From the NCBI RefSeq assembly GCF_009914755.1, contig NC_060927.1: a DNA stretch of 64,000 nucleotides; one strand, given 5' to 3'. Of this stretch, positions 1-17,079 are shown piece by piece. Origin of the DNA: the human T2T-CHM13v2.0 reference genome, Homo sapiens. The number at the start of each line of letters is the position of its first letter. Position 1 is the stretch's first letter. The notes under the pieces were generated by a model that was not told where the DNA came from, searched no databases, and saw only the letters and a list, made by a program, of their open reading frames with translations. The position numbers and the translations under genes are program-made.

Positions 1-3540
<3,540 letters not shown>

Positions 3541-3782
3541 AAAGTGGGCTTGATAAGATTTTGACTTGGTAGAATTTTAACTACCGGCTATACAATTCTT
3601 GACTTAGGAAATTAAAGCCTTAAGTCTTCTGAAAAGCCCTTTAATTCAGTTATTTCATTAATTTTGATAGTTTTGCACCATCATCTGCTGAGAAACCTAT
3701 CCTAGATTGTAAGAAGTTTGAGAGTGAAGACTGCCTTATACATCTTTTTTTTTTTTTTACTTTAGCACATCTTGCACAAAGT

Positions 3783-4150
3783 ATTCATTCATTCAAGAAA
3801 TATTAATCAGCTCTATGCCTGGCCCTGGGAATACAGTGGTAAATATGAGACAGCTACAGCTTATGGCTTCATGGGTGATATATTTAGTAGACAACAGGAC
3901 AATATTAAATAAGAAAAATAACTTAGGCTACAAGAATTCCAGAGAGATGTGAGGGCATCTACTTTAGTCTGGGAGTCAGCCGTACTCTCCTGTGGAGAGA
4001 AGGTTAGTGGAAATTTGAAGCAATTGGTCTGGGGAAATGGTTGCAGAAGACTCACTTCAGGCAGAAAGAATGTGTGTGCTTAGGAACACATGAGCAAGAG
4101 CCTGGAGACTGGGAAAAACTGAAAGGATCTCATAATGTACAATGCAGGAA
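3783..4150 (-). mobile_element. L2 3' fragment
   Basis: attcattcattca tail followed by degenerate L2 3' sequence. Confidence 0.6.
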
Positions 4151-4299
4151 AGAGAATGGCCAAAAATATTCTATAAGTTTCCTCTAAACTAACAAGTATT
4201 TTACCCTATCAGTCATGAAACACTTCTTGGATGCAGCTCATGGCATAAGCAGCCCTGTCTGTTCTCTCCAAGTCCAGGACAGCTTAGGTCTAACCCAGA

Positions 4300-4733
4300 T
4301 GTGCTGGCCACATACATCTCAGACCCCCTACTTCATGGAGGACAGATGTTATTGATCACCGGCCATAACTTCGAAGCCACCTACTGCATATTTGCACTGA
4401 AGCCATTCTTCCCAGTGGTTCTTAGCCAGTGACTGGGCACAGCACAGACACTCAGACAGACTCATTCCTGGGATATGAGAGCTCTTCTAATGAGCAGCTT
4501 TAGCTGAAAGATCCCTCTTCGGCCTTGCAGAAGAGCACAGTAGTCTAGACTCTTCCTACACAGCCTTCCTTCCTTTCCCCTCTTCTCACAGGGTGAGACC
4601 TGCGGGCAGTTCCATGATTCCTTCTGCCTCCTCCAGCTCCTCCCCATTTTTCTTCACAGGCATTTCCCCCAGTAAAATGCTCACACATCTAATCCTGTCA
4701 CAGCATCTGCTTCTCAGAGGACCCAAACTAACA
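4300..4733 (+). mobile_element. LTR16-family (ERVL) solo LTR
   Basis: Characteristic 3' end cacaggcatttcccccagtaaa...gcatctgcttctcagaggacccaaactaaca; homologous to 17412-17850. Confidence 0.75.
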
Positions 4734-5451
4734 ATTCCAGACAACCACGTATCTTATCCTGTAGGGGGAGATGGCACAGTTACAGATATTTTTTTCTGTT
4801 AGTTAGGCATAGACATGGAATCCCAAAGAGTATTTAATGAAGTTTTTTCTTAAAGTAGAAGAAATAATCATGGGCTGAGTGGTAGAGGATTTGTAATCAA
4901 AGAAATAGCAAGAGAGAAAGAGAGAGAAAAGAAGAAATAGGTGAAGGTGAAAGGGGGGAAATGAGAGGGAGGCTGTGGTTGGGGAGGCAAACTTCAAAGA
5001 ATGTTGCTGGAAGAGGGGGAAGGAAAAATATAATGTGCTCACTAATTCTGTTGGAATAACAATCTCTTATTCTTGGAAGACCCAGTCTTCTCTTTAAGAA
5101 CCAGGTTCCATCACTCTAATGGAAGGGTACTCATATAATCACAAGTCTAAGACAGACAGAGAAACTTTTAGCAAAATTACTTATAGAAGACAGGCTATAT
5201 ATATCATACAGATTTGTAAATTCCAAGAGTCTAACTTTGGGAGTTCAAAATATCTGATTTTTTTTTTTTGCAGGTATTTCTTTGGAGGCCAAGTCACATG
5301 GGAACCTCTTTGTCCACCTTCCCTCTCAGGGCCCAAATATCCCTCTCCAAAGATTCAGAAGCAAAATGGGAGGAAGTTGACAATGATGACAATCTATGCC
5401 TGACTTCAGCCCCAAGGAAGGTTTGACCTAGAGAGGTGTGAAGATGTCAAA

Positions 5452-5665
5452 CCTACACTGTCCAATATGGTAGCCAGTAGCACATGTGACTCTTTACATT
5501 GACTTTTAAATGGACTACAATTAAATAAAATTTAAAAATCCATTTCACGGGCATACCAGCCACATTTCAAGTATGTCATAGCTGCATGTAACTAATGGCT
5601 ACTATACTGGAAAGCACACACAGAAAATGTTTCATCATCACATAAAATTCTGTTGAACAAATCTG
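5452..5665 (-). mobile_element. MER3 (hAT-Charlie MITE)
   Basis: ctgtccaatatggtagcc...gccacatttcaagt...tggctactatactgga internal inverted structure. Confidence 0.8.
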
Positions 5666-6039
5666 TGTTGAATAACAACACACTTAGGACTGTGTTCAAT
5701 CCTAAGTTGAACACAATCCTTAGGATCTTGCTGAATGGACAGAGCTGCAGTGGGAAAGGAGAAGAGTGAGGCTCTAGGAAAATCCTGCCCTCTAAAAAAT
5801 GAAGGGCTCGTTCTATGGTTGGCCTCCATGCCATGACCAAAGATCATGGACAGGTTAAATCGATTAGGAAAGCACTTCTCACATATCTAACCTGCCCTGC
5901 CATGGGTTCAATTTACGTAGTACACTGGACAATGTAGCTTGAATCCTAAATTCAAATGTGTTAAATATTCTTAGTATTCCGTCTGTATACTAACAAAGAA
6001 AAAAATGTTAACTGACTGTGCCACGCTCTCCTTCCAGAG

Positions 6040-6263
6040 CAGTGTTTCTTAATTTCAGCACTACTGACATTTTGGGCCAGATAAGTCTTTGCTGTGGGGG
6101 CTTGTCCCACGCACTGCAGGATGTTTGGCAGCACCCCTGGCCTCCACCCTCTAGATGCTGGGAGCACTCTCCACCTCCACCCCCATTGTAACAACTAAAA
6201 ATGTTGCCAGACGTTACCCAGTGTACGCTGGAGGGAAAAATCACTCCAGGGTGAGGGCCACTG
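6040..6263 (+). mobile_element. MER20 (hAT-Charlie)
   Basis: cagtg...cactg termini; ggcctccaccctctagatgc core; flanks ttccagag/atctagaa resemble a hAT 8-bp TSD. Confidence 0.9.
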
Positions 6264-7319
6264 ATCTAGAATATGATACATGGCATCTGTGATATGAGAA
6301 AATGACCTTGGGCCTGGTCATAAAAGAATGTGCCACCTCCTCACCTGAAACACAACCAAGCAGTGGCCCGTGACTGACTTGGCAAAATAACACTTTGTTC
6401 AGAGGAAGCTCATAAAACAGTTTTGGCCGGGAGGATGAGCTAACCTCATAATAGGTACTTGAGAGAAGCCACCCCGCTAATGCATGCTGTGTACCATGAT
6501 TAGGATTGACTTAACTAGGGTGAAGAAATCATATAATTTGCTGTGTCTACAGATATGTAAGTAATCCAAATGTGTGTTTCTTTTTTAAGTATCAAAGGAT
6601 AATTCTAGAATAAAATTCATAGTCACAGTCATATTAAAAAACGTCCACATTTTCAAAAGTCTAACTACATTTTTCACTCTCCTCTAAAAATGGAGACACA
6701 ACACTGTGTTCTAACCTGAAGATTTGCATACTCAATTCTAACTCAAAACTTTATCTGCTGACATCCGTGCTTCATAAATAATTCCCATGTGATAATTATG
6801 TATCTTGAGCAGAATTACCAATGCATTTGTCTTGAATGCTTAATATATTTAATGGGAAATGTCTCGGGAATTTTCAGTTCTGTCACTGCCAAGAGGAGGA
6901 AGTATTAACCATTCAGAATAAGATACTCACATTAGATTTTGTGCATTAAGAAAGTCACAACTGAGGCTGTAGGACTTAAATAGATGTTTCTCCAGAGAAA
7001 CAATAGTCACTACTACACTCCCTTTCCTCCCTTAAAAGGCTGTCCATTCCTAAAGGGTAGGGACTATATGTTCTTCCAGTACCTCTACTAGTGTTCTGTG
7101 CATATTAGGCATTTAATACAATTTTTGTGCATGAACAGACAGACTCAGAACAAAGCCTCTGAGTATATTGCCATCCAGCTTGGATGAGGATATAAGTCTC
7201 TTAATCCCCAACTTATCTTGTTTTCTAACACAAGCAATATATGGGGAATTATGCTTAAGAGGCTGTGCCACTTTGTATTTAAAAACCCAACTCTGTTTTT
7301 TAGACTCCTTGTTCCTTAA

Positions 7320-7503
7320 GTTGGTTATGTGTTAGGTGACCTTGCTAGTTCCCTAATTTTTCCAAGTTTCCATTTTCTCACCAATAAATCGAGACTAATT
7401 AATAATGACACATTAATTTGAGGTCTAAATGAGAAAATCTACACAAGGCTTTTAGCACACTGCCTGACACATAGAAAGTGTTTTCTAAATGCTAGCTATT
7501 ATT
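7320..7503 (+). mobile_element. MIR
   Basis: gtgaccttg...tttagcacactgcctgacacatag...gctagctattatt MIR core and tail. Confidence 0.75.
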
Positions 7504-7859
7504 TTTATGGCATAATTCTGTCATAGATCCAAAAAGACTTTTTTATTTTTAAAAAATCATAGTCGCATTTTTTTAATTATTACTTTTCTTCTCTTTGAAG
7601 TCAATCCTCTCAACACAGCTTGAGAATTGCAATGAATTTGGGGATCTGAGAAACAATCTTTTCTAAATATTTTTATGTTATTTGGAAACAATTACAGTGG
7701 CAAAAGAGAACAAGAGGCTACCTTTTAGTATCAATCTATCTGTACACTTAAAAAAAAAAAAAAAAAAAAAGCAGCCCATGACAAGTACATGCTGATTTTT
7801 AAGAAGAGGTGAGGTAAAAGTGGTACAGCTTTATTAAGTACAAGAACTTAACAATCCCT

Positions 7860-8433
7860 TTTATTAAACAGAACTTGAATTTGTATTACACTGAATTTAT
7901 AGATCAATTTGAGGAGGATTGATATGGGTATGATATGGAGTCTTGTTATTTAATAATGTGGTTTCTCACTTAGGATTGTCTTATATCTTTCAATAATTTT
8001 AGAATTCTTTTTTAAAAGTTCTTGCATATCATTTCTCAGGTTTGCTTTAAACGGCTGTACAGATTTTTGAATGGGGTATTATTAATTGTTCGAATTGGTT
8101 AAAGCAAGAATGCTATTGTTTTTGTATATTGATCCTCTATCCAAAAAATGTACTGAATTCTCTAACTACTGCTAGTTTGCAGATTTTCCTGGATTTGCAA
8201 AGTTAAAAATCATATGCAAATAAATAATTTTGTATCTTCCATTTTACTTTTGTTATATTTTATTTCTCTTGCCTTATTTAGTTAACTAGAATGTCCAGTT
8301 AATATTAAATGTGGATAATGTCCAAGGGCATTGTTTGCTTATATTTTCCTTAAAAGGAATGCTTCTAATGTTTAACCATTAATATAATGTTAGCTATACA
8401 TTTTTTTATTGACTAAGAAAGTTTATTTTTTCT
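7860..8433 (-). mobile_element. Old L1M ORF2 fragment (host of the younger L1PA)
   Basis: Diverged antisense ORF2 motifs (tgaatttatagatcaatttgagga, tttttgtatattgat, gggcattg). Confidence 0.7.
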
Positions 8434-9591
8434 TAATTCAAGACGGATTAAAGACTTAAATGTTAGACCTAAAACCATAAAAACCCTAGAAGAAAACCTA
8501 GGCAATACCATTCAGGACATAGGCATGGGCAAGGACTTCATGTCTAAAACACCAAAAGCAATGGCAACAAAAGCCAAAACAGACAAATGGGATCTAAATA
8601 ACTAAAGAGCTTCTACATAGCAAAGAAACTACCATCAGAGTGAACAGGCAACCTACAGAATGGGAGAAAATTTTTGCAATCTACTCATCTGAAAAAGGGC
8701 TAATATCCAGAATCTACAAAGAACTTAAACAAATTTACAAGAAAAAAACAAACAACCCCATCAAAAATTAGGTGATGGATATGAACAGACACTTCTCAAA
8801 AGAAGACATTTATGCAGCCAACAGACACATGAAAAAATGCTCATCATCACTGGCCATCAGAGAAATGCAAATCAAAACCACAATGAGATACCATTTCACA
8901 CCAGTTAGAATGGTGATCATTAAAAAGTCAGGAAACAACAGGTGCTGGAGAGGATATGGAGAAATAGGAACATTTGTACACTGTTGGTGGAACTGTAAAC
9001 TAGTTCAACCATTGTGGAAGACAGTGTAGTGATTCCTCAAGGATCTAGAACTAGAAATAACATTTGACCCAGCCATCCCATTCCTGGGTATATACCCAAA
9101 GGATTATAAATCATGCTGCTATAAAGACACATGTACACGCATGTTTACTGCGGCACTATTCACAATAGCAAAGACTTGGAACCAATCCAAATGTCCATCA
9201 GTGATAGACTGGATTAAGAAAATGTGGCATATTTACACCATGGAATACTATGCAGGCATAAAAATGATTAGTTCATGTCCTTTGTAGGGACATGGATGAA
9301 GCTGGAAAGCATCATTCTCAGCAAACTATCACAAGGAAAAAAACCAAACACCGTATGTTCTCACTCAAAGGAATTGAACAATGAGAACACTTGGAGACAG
9401 GTTGGGGAACATCACACACTGGGGCCTGTCATGGGGTGGGGGAGGAGGGGAGGGATAGCATTGGAAGATATACCTAATGTAAATGACGAGTTAATGGGTG
9501 CAGCACACCAACATGGCACATGTATTCATATGTAACAAACCTGCACATTGTGCACTTGTACCCTAGAACTTAAAGTATAATTTTAAAAAAT
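8434..9591 (+). mobile_element. 5'-truncated LINE-1 (L1PA5-like) with 17-bp TSD
   Basis: ORF2 C-terminus plus 3' UTR. TSD gaaagtttattttttct at 8417-8433 and 9592-9608. Confidence 0.96.
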
Positions 9592-10894
9592 GAAAGTTTA
9601 TTTTTTCTAGTGCGACTTCCATCACATCATTCAGTTCCTTATTAAAAATGTTAAAAATATTACTTAAGTACAGATATCTGAGTACTTGTACACAAACTTT
9701 TAAATGACAGTTTCAGTTTAATAGTAGAACAAAGGATAAAATGATAGAAGAGAAAGTAGAAGAGATAGAGATGGCTACCTTAATTGCCAAAAGAATATTT
9801 TGTTTATGTTGCTTTTCTAAAGGTTAGCTTGGACCAATGTTCCTCACTGAGTCATTCCAGGGTGATGAGTAGAAGTTCTCCAGGGATTGGGAGCTGGGCC
9901 TGTGGTACCATTTTGCTATTTTCGGTGCTGTGAGACCGTAGTGGTCCTAACATGTGGCAGTATACAATGGATTTCTGGCTTGGATTGGCTGTTTTCTTGG
10001 CTTTGTTTCCACTTGCAGCATGGGATTATCCACTAGAGGTTGGTAAATAAGTCTGCTTATCAAAAGATACAAAAAAATATATTTAATAAGTGATCTCCCA
10101 TGATTCTTTCCTTCCCATTTGGCCCTAACCGCCATATTGTTTCTTAAGTGTGGGCCATGCTCACACCTGCTTTCGCCACTCCTGTCTAGCAAGCCCCAGA
10201 GTGCTGCAGCCTGACCTATACGTTGCAACTTTAGTTCCCTTCTCACATTCAGCCTCAAATGGATCCATAGGGCTTCCTAGAAGTTCCTTTATTTATCACT
10301 TTATCATTTCCTAGCATGCTTTCATCATTGCCATTCCAGGCATTCTTGTCTTCTGGAGCCCCCAGCACCCCTGTACCCTCCAGCCTCAGAGGACTTAGTG
10401 CATGAGGTCATGAAGATGGTGGCAATCAGCCTTGTCCACAATTCAACACTTGTAGGAGGAGTGGCCCTTCTTGATGCTTGCCTTAGGGGTAAAATCAACC
10501 TCCACACTGACTCCTAGGAAGAATGAATTCCTCCAAAATCCTTCAAATAGAGAATTATTTCAAGAAAGGCTAGACCTTCTGGGAGCACTTAACATAACAG
10601 GAAATCCTCCCATTATCATTTGCAAAGACACTGGCTTCTAGAATTGAGGGGCAAAGTGAGATTTCAATGAGCAGTTCCAGGTGCCATTGAGTTGCCTCAC
10701 TCTCTCTTCAGAGCATATCAGGTAGTATCCTAGGAGTCGCTCTTCTTTGAAAAAGAAATTACTGATGCAATATTTGTTTATGATAAAAATTTTAACATAG
10801 AAAAGTATAAAGAAGATATAATCAATAGCAGGTCATATTAATAGGTTTATTGAATGCTCACTATATGTCAGGTTCTGTGCTAAGCACCTTATAA

Positions 10895-11215
<321 letters not shown>

Positions 11216-11289
11216 CTATAAGCATTATCTTATCTTCAAAACAAGCCAGATAAAAACAGCCACTAATATTGGTATAATTCCCTTCAGTC

Positions 11290-11700
11290 TTTTTTTTTAA
11301 ATAGATTTTGTTAGGACATTTCAAATTTACAAAAATAAAAAATTGAAAAGCTTGTACAGAGAGTTCTCTCATACCCTACTTCCAAGCTCCCCTCTTATTA
11401 CCATGTTACACTAGCATGAAATATTTGTTACCATTAATGAATCAACGCTGATACATTATGATTAACTATGATCCACAGTTCATTTAGACTTCCTTAGTTT
11501 TTGCCAATGTCCTTTTTCTGTTCCAGGATCCTCTTCAGGATCCCACATTAGATTTCTCATCATGTCTCCTTAGGCTCTTCTCAGCTATGGGTTTTTCAGA
11601 CTTTCCTTGCTGTTCATAACCTTGACAGTTTAGAGGAGTGTTGGTGAGGTTTAGTGAAGGATGCCCCTAGATTAGAATTTGCCAGGCTTTTCTCATAAGA
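11290..11700 (-). mobile_element. L1MC 3' end
   Basis: tcctttttctgttccaggatc...catgtctccttaggctcttc...accttgacagtt, typical of the L1MC 3' UTR. Confidence 0.75.
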
Positions 11701-11937
11701 TGGGGGAAAGAATTTTTTTAAATTCTGATTAATTGAAGCTGAATTATAATAATTCTTTTTCTGCTAGTGACACAAACATCCAGTCTTTCTCTTTGCTTTT
11801 GCTGTTGAAGTCCATTACCAGATTTCAAATGTTACATTGTCTAGATTCCTGAGAAAAAAACCAACTTCATCACAATGTATTTGTTAAACCAGCCCATAAG
11901 TTTCCTTTCTCCTATTATCCTTGTCCAGTTTTGTTAT

Positions 11938-12358
11938 TGTCTTCAGTCATGTTTCCCAGGAAGCAAACTCTGGGGCAGACATGTAAGTGCAGGAAGTTTA
12001 TTCCGGAAGCTAAGTTCAGTAACAATCCCTATCAGAGCAAGGGCAGAGGGTAGAGTTAAACTGTGATGTAGGTGCAGTGGAAGCCTCAGTGATAGAACTA
12101 GGATGGTCTTTCAAAGTTGTCTCAAACTGATTCAAGGGGACCAGGCCCTTGTGCCATTACATCTACCAGTAATTGGAAGTTGGCTCTTCCCGGGAAAAGA
12201 ATGTAATTTTGGACAAGGCAGGTCCTTCCAGCAAAAGGCAATTCCTGGAAAGAGACTCAGCTGTGCATGGCCAGCAGCCACCATTCCCAGCAGCTGGCGG
12301 AATGTATGCCCTGTTCGTAAAAGGTAGATCTAGGCAATTTGCCACAGCATCAACTACA
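11938..12358 (-). mobile_element. LTR16-family (ERVL) solo LTR
   Basis: Minus strand reads tgtagttgatgctgtgg...ccagctgctggga...aataaacttcctgcac...gaagaca with TG..CA ends. Confidence 0.75.
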
Positions 12359-12629
12359 GTAACCAAGAATACTGTTTTCTCAAAACCAGAATTGAGGAAG
12401 TTTTTCTTTGGTAGAGTCAAACAATTTGCAGAAGCTAGAAGTTACCTATTCTTTTGACTGTGTGATAAAACTCAACTTAAAAATGGTCTGGGCCATGAGT
12501 TGCAGGGGGCTGGGAGTAGTCAGAAGTGAGGATGGATAGATGTTTGACTCCTAAATCAAGTTCTTTGACAGCTTCATAAATCGTTTTTCTTCACTCATGT
12601 CATATTGGTAACCTAAATTTTTTTCTAGA

Positions 12630-13055
12630 AAAAGAGTCAACTTTACATAAGTTTTCAGATTTGTTAGCATCAAAGTATAATTACCCTTCCAATATTTTAA
12701 GTCACTATTTCATATTTAATTATACCCCGTTTTCTCTGTGCCTTCTGTCTTTGTTTCTAAGTCTTGCCAGATGTTTGTTCTCCTTCTCCACTTTATTGTT
12801 TTCACCTTTTCAAACAACTGGACTTTGTTTTTGTTTACCATCTTTTTTGTTTGTTTTCTGTTTAACTAATGTTTGCCCTTTATTAGTTTCTTCTTTTAAC
12901 TTTCTTAGGGAATAAACTTCTTTTTCTAGATTGAGTTGAGTTCTGGGCTCACTACTTTTCTGTTTTCTTTTTGAATAGATATATTTATGGCTACAAAGTT
13001 CACCCTGGAGTATTGATCTAGCTGCATTGCATATGTTTTGATTAACCAATTTCCA
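12630..13055 (-). mobile_element. Old L1M fragment
   Basis: T-rich antisense ORF2-like sequence (gctgcattgcatatgttttgat). Confidence 0.55.
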
Positions 13056-13114
13056 TCCTGATCTTTTTTTCTATTAAAAAAAAAAAACCCACCCAAAATG
13101 TTAGATGAGCATAC

Positions 13115-13790
13115 GCTTTCCAACTAAGGATAATATTTCTCAGCCTCTCTTGCAGCTAGGGTGGCCATATGCTGAGCATACACGGAGGCCAGAGCCACCC
13201 AGGTGTTTGTTCCAGAAATTTCTGAGGATGAGGTCTAATTTGCAATCAGTAATGTGTTACAGAAACTCCAAGGTGGTCAGCCCCACAGTCTGCCTAGTCA
13301 GCTTTGAAACATACTTGTCAGGCCAGAAAAAGGTACTGGCTAGATTCTACAACTGCAGCAAGGAAGGCTGGAGAATGGAGACTGTCACCTGGAAGTCATT
13401 TACCTGTCTAGCTAAAATTTGGAGAATCCATTATTGAAAAGGTAAAGGAAGAATGGATACTGGGAAACTATTAGCACTATCCACCATAACTACACCAACA
13501 CACAAGGGATACAATCAAGTAATTTTGCTTTGGGTAGTAGAGATGTGACCAGAAGTCATACAGGTATCCTTTAGTTTGCATCTTTAAAGAAAATGAACCC
13601 GCCCTCTTCTTCCTTTGTTCTCATTCCCTACTGGCTGGAAGTCAGCATGATGGCAGGAGCTGGAAATCATCAGATCATGACATGAAAGGAGCATAGTGAA
13701 GATTGTAGAACAAACAGCTAAGAGGCTCTGAGAAAGACAGGATCTAGTTAGAGTCCTCCTGGAGAGCTTCTCTAGACTTTCCCAGCCTGA
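13115..13790 (+). mobile_element. Fragmented MLT1 (MaLR) LTR pieces
   Basis: atttctcagcctctcttgcagctagggtggccat start; gctggaagtcagcatgatggcaggagct interior. Confidence 0.5.
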
Positions 13791-14189
13791 GAAATAGGTG
13801 TCAAGCATGACCAAGATTAATCTTAGGGGCTGGTGAGGATGGAGTTCCATCAAAAAGGAAGTGAGGGAACAAGGTAGAGATGGTAGACAAAGCAAACTCA
13901 AGACATACTTGCAGTGTTCTATTTTATTTTCATAAAATAATGTATTTAATTGCTTACAAAATAAACATTGATTTTCAATACCTAAAATAAATCAAAACAG
14001 AAAGACTTGAAAACAGGAAGGTACTCCAAAGTCCACCTGACAAACTTTGGTTACACAAGAGGAAAACACAGCATCCTAGCTTCTGGCATAATGTTGCAAG
14101 ATGACGTTTGAGGGTGCTGACACTCTATCAAAACATTTAAGAGCTACGATATACCTGAACAGATCTTGTCCCATCTCTTTCCAGCTTTG

Positions 14190-14320
14190 AAACCTTAGGG
14201 AGGCCTCTATTTTTCTCCAACCCATAAGGCTATTCTGAGGTCTTAATGATATCATAACTATAAAGTACTTTATTGTGCCTGGCACGCAGTGCATACTCAA
14301 TTAGTGATGGCAATTATTAT
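14190..14320 (+). mobile_element. MIR
   Basis: taaagtacttt...gtgcctggcacgcagtg...ctcaat...attattat tail. Confidence 0.65.
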
Positions 14321-15449
14321 TTCCAGTATGTTTTAGCACTTTCCCAACTCTAGAACCCTCTCTTTGCCATTTTCTCAAACTCCTTAGCTTTTCTTTTTTC
14401 CCCTCTTGACACAGAAAGGATTGACCTATAAGTGCCACAGAATTCTATCACTGTCAGAAGGTTTATTAAGTTCAAGGATTCAGCGTCTATAAAAATAAAT
14501 CAGTACCCTGTTTTATGGGAGCTCAGGGCTCAAAATTCTATAAAACAGGTTTACATTTAATGACAAGTACCTATGCCATGAACATGTCAGTGTTAATATT
14601 TCTGTGGCAAATTGCACTAAACAATAAGGTATTTCAGACAAATAACCTGATGTCATGCAGGAGGTAAAAGCTTTCTTTACTTACTAATTCTTAGCTCCAA
14701 ATGCCCTTTGTGCCTTTTGGCTCACTATTAGATCAGAGTAGTTATTATTACTGAAACATAAGGTTAACATTTCCATCATCACTGGGGTTACAATTTGCAT
14801 ACTTCTGCATAATTCTTGTGCGCAGCTGCTGCTATGCTTCATCTTTCATCTTGGTTTGTACAGTTCATCTGGAATTTCTTAAAACTGGACTATTCACAAT
14901 AACAGTCTTGAAAGAACTTCAGTGGGAATGTTGAGTTCAACATTTTAGCGGCATCCTTAACTTAAATAAAAAAGCTTCAGAGCCTCTTGAAGACATGAAC
15001 CGTTTTGACTAAAACGTTTAATATCGACCACATGGGCTAAATGATTGCAGAACAAATTTTTTATTGCATTATAAATCTGCTGGAAACAACAACAAAAAAA
15101 GGTCATCAATCTCTTCCTTACTTCTTGTTGGTTTTCAAAAATTACTCTCTTTGCCTTTCTTATTTCCCAAACTAAACTAGGGTATTCAATGTTGTCACAA
15201 CTTTTATTTGTCAATAATTTTTTTTTCGTGAACTGTTGAAACTTGCAGGCTAGATGAGAGGAAATCACATAAAAACTCAAGCCATCTTTAAAAATCAAAA
15301 GTGCAATAAAAAGAAACTGGTCAACAGCTATTATGTGAAATGAAGGAAAGTCAAAAGAGAGTAGTTTAAAAGAAGACATGAATTGTAGCCTTGACTTTGG
15401 TTAACACTTGACATATTTCCATTAGCACATCATTTCATTTTTCAGCAGA

Positions 15450-15975
15450 TGGGCCTCTTGGTTACAAGTTTCACAATCCAATCCAACCAGCAAAAGAACA
15501 AGTGAAAGAAATGGTAGGGCAGAGCCATTTACTGGCTCACATACAAGCATGGGGGTATATTTGGTTCAGCTGTGGCTAGATCTAGGCACCTAAAGGAAGA
15601 ACATGTTCCCCCTTACCCCTATTCCTCAGCTCCTCTTTTTCTGTAGGTTGGCTTCACTTTCAGGCAGGCTTTTCAGATCCTATGGGAAGATAGTTACTAG
15701 CACTTCCAGTTTATGTCTATTGGTTTAGCTATCCCAGTGGAAAGAGAGCAACCCATTCCCAATAGTTTCCATAAAAGACCCATGGTCTTTGGAAAATCCC
15801 TTTAGATCTCAGACTCAAATTCAAATCAATGCAAAATTCAAATTGGCCAGGTTTCGGGTACATGCACCACATATTATATGAACTACAATTTGGGAGGGGG
15901 TGTTTGCCTGAAGGAAAATCAGAGTAATGTTACAAGAAAAAGTGGGGAATGAATAATAAATGATGGACAGGCAAA
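15450..15975 (-). mobile_element. Old MLT1 (K/L-like) LTR
   Basis: ggttggcttcactttcaggcaggct...cccagtggaaagagag...gaaggaaaatcagag motifs. Confidence 0.55.
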
Positions 15976-16244
15976 AGAAATTTACTTTCACTCCAACATC
16001 TCTTGGATCTCAAAGTACTCAATGAAATGCAGAACTTGGAGTTGATGATGTGAAGCTTTTTACTCTAAGATTCAAACTACAATACCTTTAAGAAACTTCT
16101 GAGAAAGAAAATTGAAACCCAATATTTATTCTCCTCCTCTATCTTTACTGAAAGAATCCCCTAACCTATGATAGATGCATAGCTGCCCAGCAAAAGACTA
16201 TTATTCCCAAGCTCCCATGTAGCTAAGTGTGGCCAAATGACTGA

Positions 16245-17079
16245 TGTGGTAGGCTGAATTATGACGTCTGTATTAGTCTGCTCTCATGCTGCTAATAAAG
16301 ACGTACCCGAGACTGGGTAATTTATAAAGGAAAAAGGTTTAACTGACTCACAGTTCTGCATGGCTGGGGAGGCCTCAGGAAACTTACGATCATGGCAGAA
16401 GGGGAGGCAAACATGTCCTTCACAGGGTGGCAGGAAGGAGAAGTGCTGAGCAAAAGGAGGAAAAGCGCCTTATAAAACTAAACTGTCAGATCTCATGAGA
16501 ACTCACTCACTATCATGAGAACAGCATAAGAGTAACTACCCTTATGATTGATTAAATTACCTCCCACTGGGTCCCTCCCATGACATGTGGGGATTATGGG
16601 AACTATAATTCAAGATGAAATTTGGGTAGGGACACAGCCAAACTGTATCAGCCTCCAAAGATAGCCAGGTCTTAATCCTTGGAAGCTAAGAATGTTACCT
16701 TATAAGGTAACAGGGGCTTTGCAGGTGCAATTGCGTTAAGGATCTTGAGATGGGAAAATTATTCTGGCTTATCCAGGGAGGCATTAACTGTAACCACAAA
16801 TGCCCTTATAAGAAGGAAGCAGAGGAACAGTACATACAGCAGAGGAGAAGGCAATGTGACCACCAATGTGGAGACTGGAGCGATGCAGAATGCAATAGCT
16901 ACCAGAAGCTGGAAGAGGCAAAGAGGGGGTTCCCTTCCACAGTCTCCAGAAGGAGCACAGCCTTGCTGACACCTTGAGTTCAATCCCTAAAAAAGTGAAC
17001 TGTGAATGAATAAACTTCTGTTGCTTTAAGCCACTAAATTTATGGTAGTTTGTTACAGCAGCCATAGGAAACTAATACA
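16245..17079 (+). mobile_element. MLT1C/D LTR (middle layer)
   Basis: tgtggtaggctgaat start, resumes at 16651 (ccaaagat...ttaaggatcttgagatggg), ends gccataggaaactaataca. Confidence 0.85.
16269..16650 (-). mobile_element. THE1C/D solo LTR (inner layer)
   Basis: tgtattagtc...gagactgggtaatttataaag...ggacacagccaaactgtatca. Confidence 0.92.

Noticed and set aside
7750-7770. Isolated poly(A) runs (also ~27296, ~30045, ~45079) as processed-pseudogene tails
   Set aside because: No TSD or upstream mRNA-like body detected.
14957-15379. 140-aa minus-strand ORF
   Set aside because: AT-rich chance composition with no homology or splice support that I can recognise.
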